The notes: generated from the sequence alone by a model not told the origin. A DNA stretch of 64,000 nucleotides from an uncultured Verrucomicrobiae bacterium (GCA_963762565.1 CAVXLD010000003.1:192001-256000); one strand, 5' to 3'; positions 20,846-31,468 are shown, counted from the stretch's first letter. Program-made: numbers and translations.

Positions 20846-22135
20846 CTATCCAGCCCCTTTCGCCCAGTCTGGAGATTCGCGTAGGCGGAACAACATTTCT
20901 CCGGCTTTTGGGACTAACAGGACGCCCTCATCTTCGCGGTTGGCGTAGTCTTCCGCTCGAATTTCATCCGGGTTGCGGTAACCGAAATTGATTTTCCGGC
21001 AGAGCTCGGGTGAAAGTTGCGTCGCCAGCGTGACCCGGGCGCGCGCTTTTTCTACGCCGTTCTCGTAGGTGCCAATCCCATGGACATGAGTGGAATGGGC
21101 CAGCACGCCCCAAGGATAATGCTTAAACTTGTCCCACTGCTTCAAAAAATAGTCCCGGCAATGGTAACCGATTTCTTCTATCAGCTTACCGTGGGTCACC
21201 GAGATCTCTTTCAGGTGCGGCGCATAAATAATAAGCTCTCCGCCGTCGGCCAAGACCGGCTCCAGCTTATACATGCACTTACCTGCTACCCACATCTCGT
21301 CGTACATCGGCGGGGCGCACGATAAGATGGTGTGAAACGGTTTGTCTTTGTACGTGATATGATACCGCCGGGATAACTCGCTGGCTTCAGGCCAGGTGGC
21401 TTCAGGCGACCCCGCAAAGATACCGGCCAGTTCTCCGTGATCGACTACGAGGCAAAAACAAAGTTTGCTGATCTGAACCATTGCGGCGGATCGATCCACA
21501 ACTCGGCGCACCGGAGTCCACTTGTGCCCGATGATCATTGGGTTGGTGATAACGGCGCCGAGCCAGTGGAAAAAATTCAGAACCTCGGGACCTGAGACAC
21601 CCGGGAACAGATATTTGTTGCCGCCGGAAAAGCCGACGACCTCGTGCGGGAAGACCGGGCCCACGATGATCACTTGATCATATTCAAACAAGCGCCGGTT
21701 TATCTTCACTTCCACCGGCATCGAGAAGAGACCATTCGAAAGCGCAGCTATTTCCTGTTCTGGAATGACACCGATTGGCTGAAGTGAATCCGGATTGTCC
21801 CAATGATGATTAAATACGCCGACATTTCCGTACTGAGTGGACCGTTCGCTGCTCGAGATTTCTAAGCGCTCGCAGATGGCTTCTTCGCTCATGGGAGGAT
21901 GGGTCCCCAGCGCGATCAACACGTCAAACGCGCTCGTTACCGAACCGATCTGAGCATGCAACGTCTTGAATAGAAGCCCAATCGGAGCGGTGCGAGTTCC
22001 GTCCGGGATAATCAGTAGGACGCGTTTTCCCCGGTAATCTTTAGAGGGGCAAACCTGTTCGATCAGACTTTGGACATCTCTGGCACCGAGAGTGGTTCCT
22101 GCCTCAGCCGTTTTTGAAATAACCGCCTGGCTCAT
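20846..22135 (-). CDS. Lactate racemase (LarA) domain protein
   Basis: IIPDGTRTAP, ALGTHPPM, PHEVVGFSGGNK. Confidence 0.85.
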   Translation of the reverse strand: MSQAVISKTAEAGTTLGARDVQSLIEQVCPSKDYRGKRVLLIIPDGTRTAPIGLLFKTLHAQIGSVTSAFDVLIALGTHPPMSEEAICERLEISSSERSTQYGNVGVFNHHWDNPDSLQPIGVIPEQEIAALSNGLFSMPVEVKINRRLFEYDQVIIVGPVFPHEVVGFSGGNKYLFPGVSGPEVLNFFHWLGAVITNPMIIGHKWTPVRRVVDRSAAMVQISKLCFCLVVDHGELAGIFAGSPEATWPEASELSRRYHITYKDKPFHTILSCAPPMYDEMWVAGKCMYKLEPVLADGGELIIYAPHLKEISVTHGKLIEEIGYHCRDYFLKQWDKFKHYPWGVLAHSTHVHGIGTYENGVEKARARVTLATQLSPELCRKINFGYRNPDEIRAEDYANREDEGVLLVPKAGEMLFRLRESPDWAKGAG

Positions 22136-22149
22136 AAAGCTAATATTCA

Positions 22150-22493
22150 CCACAGAGACACAGAGAACACGGAGGAATTTTCACCACAAAGACACAAAGG
22201 ACACGAAGACGGAAAACGAACCGCAGATTAGAGAAAATTTAAATATCCGCAGATTACGCAGATTACGCAGATTTCGTTTTGTGGCTGCGGCCCGATCGGG
22301 GTTCATTCCTGGCTCGGTTCCCAACGTTGGCCTGTCTTTAAAAGCGCCTTTTCTTTGTAACCTTTTGCTTCCGAGAACACGGAAAGCCGTGCCGCTACAA
22401 AAGGCTTGTTTAAGTTAGTGGTATACCCGACTGCGACCGAAATCTGCGTAATCTGTGTAATCTGCGGATAATCCAATCTCTTCATCTGCGGTT
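22150..22493. repeat. Nonamer arrays plus family D inverted element (22219-22493)
   Basis: CACAGAGA-like tandem; AACCGCAGAT..(CGCAGATTA)n...(TAATCTGCG)n..ATCTGCGGTT. Confidence 0.8.
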
Positions 22494-22552
22494 AGATTTT
22501 TGGTCGTGGTCCTTCGTGTCCATTCGCGGTTAATCGTGGTAAGAGGGGTGCG

Positions 22553-23269
22553 ATGGGATCCCAAGATATAACGCATAACTCCAGCTTTTATGTGAGCCTA
22601 GGCTTGCAGGCGGCGGCTATCCTTGTGCTGCTGGGACTAGCGATCGTTGGAATTGTTATTGCCGTCCGGGCAAAGACAGGAACCGGTAAGGGGTGCGGCG
22701 TTGTGATGGCAATTGCCTTTGCATTGCAATCCTGTTTGGTCGTGCTCTGGTTTCTAATCTCCTTGGCTGCCGGTTTAGAATCCAGCTCATCTAAAGCAGG
22801 CCAGATGCAGACGGTTCAGGCTAAGGATGGTTCTTGCGAAATCTCCGTGCCTAAATCTTGGGTTGATTGCGGGGATCTAAGTAAAGAAGCCGTGCTCGGC
22901 TCCAAAGACCCGACTGGGAATGAATATGTTCTCGTCTTTGTACACTCGAAGCAAGACTACGCGGGAGGCTTGGATGATTTCGCCAAGGATTATACCGATT
23001 CGTTGCGACAGAAAATCCAGACGCCTCAAGTAGAACCGCCGACTTCGATGTCGATCAACGGAAGGTCCGCCGTCCGTCAGCTCGTGCGTGGCGAAGTCGA
23101 TCGACTGCGAATCGTCTATCGCATCACCTATTTCGAAGGCCGCGACAATTTCTATCGGATATTCTGCTGGAGCCTTGATTCGAAAGCCGCGTCGGTGGCG
23201 GCTGACTTCGACAAGATAGCGGAGTCATTGCATGAAAAGGTCGCTACCAAGGGTGAAGACCACATCTGA
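22553..23269 (+). CDS. Membrane protein with two TMs and a PsbP/DcrB-like domain
   Basis: ISVPKSW..., SINGRSA..., FDKIAESL. Confidence 0.6.
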   Translation: MGSQDITHNSSFYVSLGLQAAAILVLLGLAIVGIVIAVRAKTGTGKGCGVVMAIAFALQSCLVVLWFLISLAAGLESSSSKAGQMQTVQAKDGSCEISVPKSWVDCGDLSKEAVLGSKDPTGNEYVLVFVHSKQDYAGGLDDFAKDYTDSLRQKIQTPQVEPPTSMSINGRSAVRQLVRGEVDRLRIVYRITYFEGRDNFYRIFCWSLDSKAASVAADFDKIAESLHEKVATKGEDHI

Positions 23270-23470
23270 ACCGCAGATGAAGAGATTAGATTATCCGCGG
23301 ATTACGCAGATTACGCAGATTACGTTCTGGGTCTGCGAGGCGGTGGCACGATAAACACATCACCTCGCAGCATCCGCGCTCTGTTTTACCCGGCAGCATC
23401 CCGCGCCTAGAAGCGAAATCTGCGAAATCTGCGTAATCTGCGGATAATCCATCTCTTCATCTGCGGTTCA
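23267..23470. repeat. Family D inverted element
   Basis: ~55-bp imperfect arms TGAACCGCAGATGAAGAGAT.../...ATCTCTTCATCTGCGGTTCA. Confidence 0.85.
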
Positions 23471-24430
23471 GGGGGCGGCGAGTGTGGCGGCAAACAGGTC
23501 GCTATCGATGTTGCCGCCGCTGTGGATGACGGCGACCCGCCGGCCCTGCATTTGGGCGCGTTCTTGCAGGAGCGCTGCTAACGGCGCGGCAGCAGCGCCT
23601 TCCGCTGCATTGTGGGTATCAGCGAAGAGATAACGGATCGCACCGCCGATCTCGTCGTCAGTGACTGACACAATGCGAGCGACCCCGTTGAGAATGACGT
23701 CCAAAGCGTTTAGATCCGGAACTCGGCAGCTAATCCCGTCTGCCATGGTATTGACGGTCTCGGTAGTGATTTGGCGCTTAGCCTCAAAAGAGAGGGCGAA
23801 AGCCGGCGCGCCAGTAGCACAGACACCGATAACCTCGGTCTTGAGTCCCAGGGCGTTCCGAGCTGCGACCACACCGCAGACTCCCGACCCCATACCGATT
23901 GGAACATAAACCGTGTCCAAACCAGAGACATTATCGAACAACTCCAGGGCATAGCTGGCGACGCCGCGGACGAGTGCTTCGTCAAAAGAAGGGACGAAAT
24001 GCAGCCTCTCTTTTTCGGCGAGTACCGCAGCGTACTCTAGTGCTTCTTGAAAATCTTTTCCGCGGACGATCAAGTCAGCGCCGAGCGCCTGCATGGCGGC
24101 GTTCTTCTCTACGCTGTTCCCGTGCGGGACAACGATCACGGCGCGCAGCCCGGTACTTTGAGCGGCGAAAGCGATACTTTGACCATGATTGCCTCGCGTG
24201 GCCGTGATCACACCCGTTACGTCGGGCTCTCGCTGCTTGAGCTCGTTCATGTAAACTAAGCCGCCGCGTACCTTAAACGAGCCCACCGGTTGATGGTTCT
24301 CGTGCTTAACCCAAACCTCGGCGCCGGTTCGTTGGCAGAGCAACGGCCAACAGATTTGCGGCGTCGGCGGCAGAATGCTGTGAACAAATTCTGCGGTTGT
24401 CCGGAGCTGTTTAAGCGTGGACGAGAGCAT
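23468..24430 (-). CDS. PLP-dependent threonine/serine dehydratase family protein
   Basis: KHENHQPVGSFKVRGG, TRGNHGQ, PIGMGSG, SGGN. Confidence 0.9.
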   Translation of the reverse strand: MLSSTLKQLRTTAEFVHSILPPTPQICWPLLCQRTGAEVWVKHENHQPVGSFKVRGGLVYMNELKQREPDVTGVITATRGNHGQSIAFAAQSTGLRAVIVVPHGNSVEKNAAMQALGADLIVRGKDFQEALEYAAVLAEKERLHFVPSFDEALVRGVASYALELFDNVSGLDTVYVPIGMGSGVCGVVAARNALGLKTEVIGVCATGAPAFALSFEAKRQITTETVNTMADGISCRVPDLNALDVILNGVARIVSVTDDEIGGAIRYLFADTHNAAEGAAAAPLAALLQERAQMQGRRVAVIHSGGNIDSDLFAATLAAP

Positions 24431-24580
24431 GAAGAAATAGCAAATAGCAGATAGCAAATTTAGCCGAGTGCCCTGGTCATCCCCATCCAGCGCTTCCCTA
24501 TTTATTGGCGTCTCTATCTGCGTAAATCTGCGTTCATTTCACCCCGGAGAATTTCGGGGCTGCGGTTAAGGTGTCTTCTA

Positions 24581-25048
24581 CTAGCCTGGGAGAACATCGA
24601 TGATCGCCTCGATCTCAACGGCGATGCCCTGGGGGAGGCTACCGACTCCGATTGATGTCCGAGCATGCCGGCCGGCGTCACCGAGCAACTCAACAAAAAG
24701 GTCGGAACAACCGTTGATGACCGCCGGTTGATCTCCAAATTCTGGGGCAGAATTTACGAATCCGTTAACCTTAAGAATTCGTTTCACGCGAATTAAGGAA
24801 CCGAGTGCGCCGTTAATCACGGCCAAGATCTGAATTCCGCACAATCGGGCAGCTTCATAGCCTTGTTCTTTGGTGAGATCCTTACCGACTTGTCCGTGAA
24901 CCCAATCGCCATCCTTTGTCTTTGGCCCTTGGCCGGAGACGTAAAGAAGATTATCGGCCCGGGTGAACGGCACGTAGTTCGCCATCGCCTGCGGCAAAGG
25001 CGGCAATGTAATTCCAAGCTTAACTAAACGATCTTCGATGGTTTCCAT
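24581..25048 (-). CDS. RidA/YjgF family protein
   Basis: ANYVP, YVSGQGP, INGCSDL, GRHARTSIG, VEIE. Confidence 0.9.
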   Translation of the reverse strand: METIEDRLVKLGITLPPLPQAMANYVPFTRADNLLYVSGQGPKTKDGDWVHGQVGKDLTKEQGYEAARLCGIQILAVINGALGSLIRVKRILKVNGFVNSAPEFGDQPAVINGCSDLFVELLGDAGRHARTSIGVGSLPQGIAVEIEAIIDVLPG

Positions 25049-25187
25049 GGGTGGGAAGGGATGGGACGTGGATTGGTGGAGTGGCGGAGTAATGGAGTGA
25101 TGGGGTTTGCTTGAGAATGGTAGCCGTGAATCCGCATGTCGGACAGGTACAGATCGCGGGATTTTTTGAGAGTGGTTGCCAGGAGCC

Positions 25188-25455
25188 TTGCATTCCGCGT
25201 TGTTCGACCGCGGAGGGGAGCCACATTAGAGACCTCCGACCTCCAGACGACGATCCGGTCTGCTACTGGGCCCGACCTAAACCGTATTCGGCCGTGGCTC
25301 CCATACGCGTGGAACAACCCAAGACATTATCCACGCCCAGGTTGCCGAACGTGCTCCGTGCCCCAGGGCGTCGCGTCTATCCGAACGAGCGAGCTGTAGA
25401 CGATTCCCGCGTCGAGATACCGGCGACCCGAGAACACGGAATGCAACGCCCCTCC
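25188..25455. repeat. Degenerate inverted-repeat element related to family E
   Basis: TTGCATTCCG../..CGGAATGCAA and GGGAGCCAC/GTGGCTCCC pairs. Confidence 0.5.
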
Positions 25456-25512
25456 GACCTTGGGCTATTAGACCGATCCGCCTAGCTCCTAGATTCTAGC
25501 TCCTAGCTCCTG

Positions 25513-25974
25513 TCAAATCCGTTTCTCGAAACAGAGGGCGGTACTATCGTTCTCGAACGGCGGGAAGTTTGGTATCCGATAAAAGCCTGACTTACCATAC
25601 AGGGCGATCGATTCAGGCTGTTTAGTACCAGTCTCGAGACGGATACGATCGTAATCGAACCCCTGGGCAAGACTTTGTAACCCGTCCAGGATTTTCTTGG
25701 CGATACCATGTCCTCGTTCGTTCGGAAGAACGAACATGCGCTTAATTTCGACAACATCGTCTTCCATGGGGACCAAGGCGCCGCAGCCGACAGCCCGGCC
25801 CTCAACTCGTGCGACCAAGAAGGCGCTTTTTGGCCCTGAAACCAGGGACGGATCGAAATAACCGACATCCGCTGGAGCCGCATCATACCGGTGCCGGACC
25901 TCGTCGACAAAGGCACTCAACAGCGCTTGGGCTTCGGCAGTACTGGGATCTTCGGGGGAAACAGTAATCGTCAT
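25513..25974 (-). CDS. GNAT N-acetyltransferase
   Basis: EIKRMFV...RGHGIA, LETGTKQPESIALY..GF. Confidence 0.9.
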   Translation of the reverse strand: MTITVSPEDPSTAEAQALLSAFVDEVRHRYDAAPADVGYFDPSLVSGPKSAFLVARVEGRAVGCGALVPMEDDVVEIKRMFVLPNERGHGIAKKILDGLQSLAQGFDYDRIRLETGTKQPESIALYGKSGFYRIPNFPPFENDSTALCFEKRI

Positions 25975-26176
25975 ACAACGAAAGCTTAAAGATCCCCAAC
26001 GTCGCCTCGAGCCGCTACGGTTGCAAGAGGCGAACATGGCCCCACCAAGTTTCCACCACTCCAATCCTTCTTTGCTATTTGTCATTGCCGCGTAGCGGCT
26101 CGACTACTCCTTCGGTTACCTTAGCTTCGCCAGAAAGTTGCTGCGGTCTGGCTGTCGATCGGGCATAGATGGGCCC

Positions 26177-27160
26177 ATGAAGTGTTCTCTAAGCCTGCTT
26201 TTCATGCTTTCGGCTGTCCTCGCATTGGCGACGCCGGTATCCGCGGCCGGACCGAATGTTTACCCCATTCAGGAAGGTTACGTCGATGCCCACGGTGTGA
26301 TGATCTATTACGTCGAGATGGGTCATGGTTCACCTCTTCTGGTGGTGCATGGCGGCCCCGGCGCTTCACACGATTATTTTCTGCCTTGGTTACTGCCTTT
26401 GGCGCGAACGAATCGGCTCATCTTCATTGACGAGCGCGGATGCGGCCGTTCTGAACGTCTCGAAGATGTCCATCAATACACTATCGAGAACATGGTGGAG
26501 GACGTGGAAGCGGTCCGCACCGCGCTGGGACTCAGTAAGATCAGCTTACTCGGGCATAGCTATGGGGGAGAGCTAGCTCAGGCTTACGCACTCAAATATC
26601 AGGGAAACCTCACTCATCTCATCCTGGCATCGACTTTCCCTTCAGCCAAACAGATGAACGAGGTCCTGGCGCACGAGAAGGCGCAAATGCCGGCCGACAA
26701 ATTGGCTCGACTCGACGAATTGGAGAAGGCGGGCCTTTACGGTAAGGGAGCGATTTGGGAGCATGGCCGTTACTCTGAGGAATACGAAAAACTGGCTTGG
26801 GGCGACGGTTATTTCCCGTTCCTTTTTGGAGCTCATCCTGATTCGAACTACGATCCCACCACGGACAACGCAGGGATGAACTGGGAACTCTACCGCGAGA
26901 TGTGGGGCTCAAATGGCGAATTCGTGATCGACGGCAACCTGAGTTCGGCCGAGTACGTGGACCGTTTACCCACAATCAAAGTGCCGACCCTGGTTATCTG
27001 CGGCGATCATGATGAATGTGATCCGTCTCTTTCCAAGGAAATGCATGAAAAGATCGCCGGCTCGAAACTGGTCATCTTGCCAAATTCGGGTCATATCGCT
27101 TTTGAGGACCAGCCCGGTTTGTGGATCGGCAGTGTCCGAGATTTTATCAATGGGAAGTGA
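26177..27160 (+). CDS. Exported proline iminopeptidase-family alpha/beta hydrolase
   Basis: HGGPG, GHSYGG, GDHD, GH; signal peptide. Confidence 0.88.
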   Translation: MKCSLSLLFMLSAVLALATPVSAAGPNVYPIQEGYVDAHGVMIYYVEMGHGSPLLVVHGGPGASHDYFLPWLLPLARTNRLIFIDERGCGRSERLEDVHQYTIENMVEDVEAVRTALGLSKISLLGHSYGGELAQAYALKYQGNLTHLILASTFPSAKQMNEVLAHEKAQMPADKLARLDELEKAGLYGKGAIWEHGRYSEEYEKLAWGDGYFPFLFGAHPDSNYDPTTDNAGMNWELYREMWGSNGEFVIDGNLSSAEYVDRLPTIKVPTLVICGDHDECDPSLSKEMHEKIAGSKLVILPNSGHIAFEDQPGLWIGSVRDFINGK

Positions 27161-27172
27161 GAGGTGACCCCC

Positions 27173-27465
27173 GTGGAGCGCTGCCTCGCTTGCGAGGCCG
27201 AAAGGGGTCGCCACCCGTGGAGCGCGCCTCGCTTGCGAGGCCGAAGGGGTCGCCACCCGTGGAGCGCGCCTCGCTTGCGAGGCCGTGGTGAGCAAGGGGT
27301 AACGATTCAGCAGGCCTATCATTTGTCGGCCCTCTTTAGTGCGAATTGTGGTCCAACAGTGGGGCAGACTCTCGAACCCACGTGACATAGAGCGCAGATA
27401 GGATGTGGGTTTGTCTAACATCACGCCTTGCTCACCACGGCCTCGCAAGCGAGGCAGCGCTCCAC
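27173..27465. repeat. Family B: three tandem REPs plus an inverted partner
   Basis: 42-44-bp tandem units with near-identical linker; third unit pairs with ~27427-27465. Confidence 0.88.
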
Positions 27466-27504
27466 GAGGCCTTTCACTTTTTACCTTTCACGCTACGGTG
27501 CCCT

Positions 27505-28698
27505 GTGACTACAGCTCCAACGTTATCTGACGCCACAAAGCTCGGGTTCTCACCTCAACGGCTTGAACGGCTTCATCGGCAAATCGAATCGTTCGTCGGC
27601 GACGAGAAACACGCTGGTATCAGCGTCCTCTTGCTTCGCAAAGGCCGAGTAGCGGATTTTTTTGCGGTTGGACTGCGAGACCGGCAGACAGGAGCACCGA
27701 TGCAGGGCGATTCGATCGTCCGGATTTATTCTCTGACCAAAATAATCACGAGTGTGGCGGCTCTGACCCTTATCGAAGAAGGGAAACTGGGTTTGCAACA
27801 TCCCATCAAACAATATCTGCCTGAGTTCAACGAGATGCAGATCCTGGTGGGCGGCACTGCGCAGCATCCGGAACTAATTGCAGCCAATGTCCCAATCGAC
27901 GTTCATCATTTGTTCACTCATACCACCGGATTTACTTACGGGGATAAGGAAGGGCTAATCGACGAGATTTATCAGGGCGCTGGTTTGGAAAAAGCTGAGT
28001 CATTGGCGGATCTGGTCAGAATGTTAGCGACGCTACCGCTAAAGAGAGAGCCAGGGCTCATGTTCCAATATGGTTTCTCGACCGACATTTTGGCGCGCGT
28101 CGTGGAGGTCGTTAGCGGCCAATCATTCGATCTCTTTGTCAAAGAACGGATCTTGGATCCACTTGGGATGACGGATACCGGGTTCAGTGTCGGCCCGGAG
28201 AAACTCGATCGCTTGGCCAAGGTTTATGAGCACGGCAAAAACGGAGAGCTTCAGCCCGTCCAACGTTTCGAATTTGAAGAGATCGAGGGACGAAAGGATT
28301 TTCCGATGGGCGGTTCAGGTCTATTTTCGACGATCGAAGATTACAGCCGTTTCGCGCAGATGTTGTGTAACGGAGGTGAGCTCGACGGGGTAAGAATCCT
28401 GGGCCGAAAAACGTTTGAGCAGATGACAGTTGATCATCTTGCAGGCAAACCGGTGGTGGACCAGCCCTTTACCCAAGGATACGGCTTTGGACTGGGAGTC
28501 GCAGTCCGCATCAATAATGGGTTAGCCGGTACATTAGGAACGCTGGGTGCATTTGGCTGGAGCGGTAAAGCGACTACTCTGTGCGTCATGGACCGGACAG
28601 AAGAACTGGTACTGCTCGTCTTCAGCCAACACTTCCCATACGACGAACACGGTCTGTTCGAGCGGTTCACGAACCTGGTTTACCAGGCGGTGGTGTGA
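27505..28698 (+). CDS. Serine hydrolase, beta-lactamase-like family
   Basis: IYSLTK (SxxK), LFTHTTG, FQYG, GGSGLFST, FGWSG. Confidence 0.88.
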   Translation: MTTAPTLSDATKLGFSPQRLERLHRQIESFVGDEKHAGISVLLLRKGRVADFFAVGLRDRQTGAPMQGDSIVRIYSLTKIITSVAALTLIEEGKLGLQHPIKQYLPEFNEMQILVGGTAQHPELIAANVPIDVHHLFTHTTGFTYGDKEGLIDEIYQGAGLEKAESLADLVRMLATLPLKREPGLMFQYGFSTDILARVVEVVSGQSFDLFVKERILDPLGMTDTGFSVGPEKLDRLAKVYEHGKNGELQPVQRFEFEEIEGRKDFPMGGSGLFSTIEDYSRFAQMLCNGGELDGVRILGRKTFEQMTVDHLAGKPVVDQPFTQGYGFGLGVAVRINNGLAGTLGTLGAFGWSGKATTLCVMDRTEELVLLVFSQHFPYDEHGLFERFTNLVYQAVV

Positions 28699-28764
28699 GG
28701 AGCGGGGCGGAGCCGAAACCCAAAAAGTCTAAATCTCACGCAAAGCTCCGTGTTTGCTCAACTT

Positions 28765-29042
28765 CTGGAGGGGAGCCGCTTTGGCCCGTATATCGCCACC
28801 CTCGCAAAGTTCGTCTCAACGCGCGTGCGGCCTAAGCGCGTGAAAAACAGGCGGCTCCCGAGAACGGCCCAACGGTCTGCAGTTCTATCGGTGGGGCGTG
28901 AACGAAATCGGAAGGCGCAGGCTAAATGCAGCACGCTGGGTGGTTTCCGGGAGCCGCATGTTGTGACATTTTTTGGCCGGATGAAGCACTGAAACGAACA
29001 GCGCGAGACCGTACGATAAATTCCAAAGCGGCTCCCCTCCAG
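28765..29042. repeat. Family E element
   Basis: CTGGAGGGGAGCCGCTTTGG...CCAAAGCGGCTCCCCTCCAG, 20-bp perfect terminal IR with inner GCGGCTCCCG/CGGGAGCCGC. Confidence 0.85.
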
Positions 29043-29081
29043 GCTTGGCAAACGTCGAGGCGCCGGTGACTTTAATCAGCT

Positions 29082-29759
29082 GTGCGTCCTTTGATCAGCA
29101 TCATTGTTCCGGTTTGGGGAGACGACGACTTGGTAGCCGAGTTAGTGAATGGCTTGCCAAGTGCTAGTGAGCTTTGCGAATGGATCGTGGTGGCAGTTCG
29201 TCCTGGCGAAGTGCTCACAGATTTGGATCGGCAAGGGGCGATCCGATTGATTCCCTGCAATCAACCATCACGCGGCAGGCAACAGAATCTGGGCGCGAGC
29301 GTTGCCCGGGGAGAATTGCTTTGCTTTCATCATGCCGATTCTGAGCTAAAGCCTGAACATTTGGCTGCGCTGGCGGAAGCAGCGAAAAATGAGCAAATCG
29401 TGGGAGGCGCTTTTCATCGCCGATTTCATCCGGCGAGAATGCTATGGCGAGAGCCATTGGTGCGGGCTATCAGCCGCTTTGCTGGACCGCTGTTTGGTGA
29501 TCAATCTCTATTTGTGAGGTCCACGGTCTTTCGAGAGATGGGTGGGTTCGCCAATTTCCCTTTGATGGAAGACGTCGAATTTTCCCGGCGCCTGCGGCGC
29601 GCTGGCCGCGTTGAATTGCTGGATCCGCCACTATGGTCACCGCCCCGGCGGTCCGGTACCTGGAGAACGGCGATACGGAACGCGGCGCTGATCGGCCTTT
29701 TCTATCTTGGGATTGAGCCTCGCGCCTTGCATCGCTGGTATTATCGGCGGGAGCGGTAA
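29082..29759 (+). CDS. GT2 glycosyltransferase, TIGR04283-like (ArsS-associated)
   Basis: ISIIVP, RGRQQNLGA, F.HADS, FGDQSLF, PLMEDVEFSRRL. Confidence 0.85.
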   Translation: MRPLISIIVPVWGDDDLVAELVNGLPSASELCEWIVVAVRPGEVLTDLDRQGAIRLIPCNQPSRGRQQNLGASVARGELLCFHHADSELKPEHLAALAEAAKNEQIVGGAFHRRFHPARMLWREPLVRAISRFAGPLFGDQSLFVRSTVFREMGGFANFPLMEDVEFSRRLRRAGRVELLDPPLWSPPRRSGTWRTAIRNAALIGLFYLGIEPRALHRWYYRRER

Positions 29760-29827
29760 TTGTGCGAAAGGGCGAAACAGCGAAGGAGCGAAGGAGCGAA
29801 AAAGCTTGGCCGGGCGAGGCAAATTGG

Positions 29828-30034
29828 GGGAGGGCGCGCTGCCTGTCCGACATAGCCTTATGCATCCAATCGGTTTTTCTTCGAGCGGGGCGACGTCGGA
29901 TCCCCGCGCGCCGTGAGGACGTGCCACAACCCAAACGTGTATTTTTGTCCGCGATCGGAACACGTACTCGGCTTCGGCAACCATGGATCGCGAGGACGCG
30001 ATCCCTCCCCGGACCGGAGCCTCGCCCCACCAAA
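29828..30034. repeat. Family A doublet with nested insert, plus a family C arm
   Basis: Reverse-orientation match to 6136-6317. Confidence 0.82.
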
Positions 30035-30086
30035 CTTTTTTTTGCGTTCCTTGCGCTCTTTTGCAGCTATGCTTCTTCACTGTCTT

Positions 30087-31079
30087 GTGACTACGCCCAC
30101 CAATAGTCGAGTGGATAGGCAAAGCTTTTCTGGGACCTTGACGGCTCACGGTCTAACCTTGCGCCGAAGCCGGACCGAGATTTTGCAGCTGAACCTCGGC
30201 AAACTATGCGACCTCACTTGTGTTCATTGTCATGTCAATGCCGGGCCGAAACGTAAAGAGGTTATCACCCGCGAGACCGTCGAGCGAATTCTTAGCTGGT
30301 TAGCGGTTACCAACATTCCGATCGTGGATATCACGGGAGGCGCACCAGAGATGGCGCCGGACTTTCGTTATCTTGTCGAAAAGATCCGGCAGATGCCACA
30401 GGTCGAAAAGATTATCGACAGGTGCAACCTGACAATTCTACTTGAACCCGGCTACGAATGGGTTGCTGAGTTTCTGGCTGTTCAGCGGGTGAAGATTGTC
30501 GCTTCCATGCCTTGTTATCAGCCGGCGAATGTCAATGCCCAGCGTGGAGACGGCGTTTTTGACCTCAGTATCCGCGGTCTCCAGCTCCTCAATCGTCTCG
30601 GTTACGCTCGTCGGCCAGATCTGACGCTTGATTTGGTTTACAACCCGAACGGCGACTTTCTGCCGCCAGACCAGACCGAACTTGAGGCGGATTATAAACG
30701 CGAACTGAAGCTGAACTTCGACGTCGATTTTAACCGGCTTTACACCATCACCAACATGCCTATCGGACGATTTGCCGCTCGGCTAAGACACAATGATAAA
30801 CTGGACGCCTATACGGATTTGCTGATGGAAGCCTTCAATCCTGCTTCCGTCGCCGGTCTTATGTGTCGGAACACCCTCAGTGTCGGCTGGCGAGGCGAGG
30901 TCTATGATTGCGACTTTAATCAACAATTGGGGATGCAACGGGGTAAAGGAAAACCGCTCTTCGTTTGGGACCTCGATCCGGAGCAACTGGCCGGCCAAGC
31001 AATTATGGTGGGTAACCACTGTTTCGGATGCACGGCGGGAGCAGGCAGTTCGTGTGGAGGAGCGCTGGTGGCCTCCTGA
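30087..31079 (+). CDS. arsS: Radical SAM/Cys-rich protein of the arsenosugar ArsS family (TIGR04167-like)
   Basis: LQLNLGKLCDLTCVHCHVNAGP, LMCR..SV, YDCDFNQ, HCFGCTAGAGSSCGG; start approximate. Confidence 0.88.
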   Translation: MTTPTNSRVDRQSFSGTLTAHGLTLRRSRTEILQLNLGKLCDLTCVHCHVNAGPKRKEVITRETVERILSWLAVTNIPIVDITGGAPEMAPDFRYLVEKIRQMPQVEKIIDRCNLTILLEPGYEWVAEFLAVQRVKIVASMPCYQPANVNAQRGDGVFDLSIRGLQLLNRLGYARRPDLTLDLVYNPNGDFLPPDQTELEADYKRELKLNFDVDFNRLYTITNMPIGRFAARLRHNDKLDAYTDLLMEAFNPASVAGLMCRNTLSVGWRGEVYDCDFNQQLGMQRGKGKPLFVWDLDPEQLAGQAIMVGNHCFGCTAGAGSSCGGALVAS

Positions 31080-31165
31080 ATAGCAAATAGCAAATAGCAG
31101 ATAGCAAATGGCCGCTGGGCAGAGGTTGGCGCGCCCACCCCAGCGAGGTCGCATGGTGCAAATCG

Positions 31166-31406
31166 GGGAGGGCGCGCTGCCTGTCCGACATAGCCTGGTG
31201 CATCCGGATGATTTTCTCCCACAGGGGCGACGTCGGATCCCCGCGCGCCGCGAAAGCGTGGCAACACCTCAGGGCGTCGAGTAACCCAGGGTTGGGAACA
31301 CGATGGGCTTTGCGAAAGTCGGATCGCGAGGATCCGCCGTCGCCATTTTGTTTAAGAAAACGGTGATTAAAACCAGGGCTATGGCGGACAGGCAGCGATC
31401 CCTCCC
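31166..31406. repeat. Family A doublet with nested inserts in both arms
   Basis: Left insert differs from 6245-6304 at one base; right arm carries TCCGCCGTCGCC...GGCTATGGCGGACAGGCA. Confidence 0.85.
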
Positions 31407-31468
31407 GGGCGATGGAGCCGCAAGCCGTCAGTTGCCGAACAATCGTGGCAGGATAGGCTGACTATTGG

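Noticed and set aside
27173..27290. CRISPR-like tandem palindromic repeats
   Set aside because: Linkers are short and near-identical, the unit is a dispersed REP, and there are no cas genes
31040..31079. ArsS or GDCCVxC as selenoproteins
   Set aside because: The relevant codons are TGT/TGC, with no in-frame TGA
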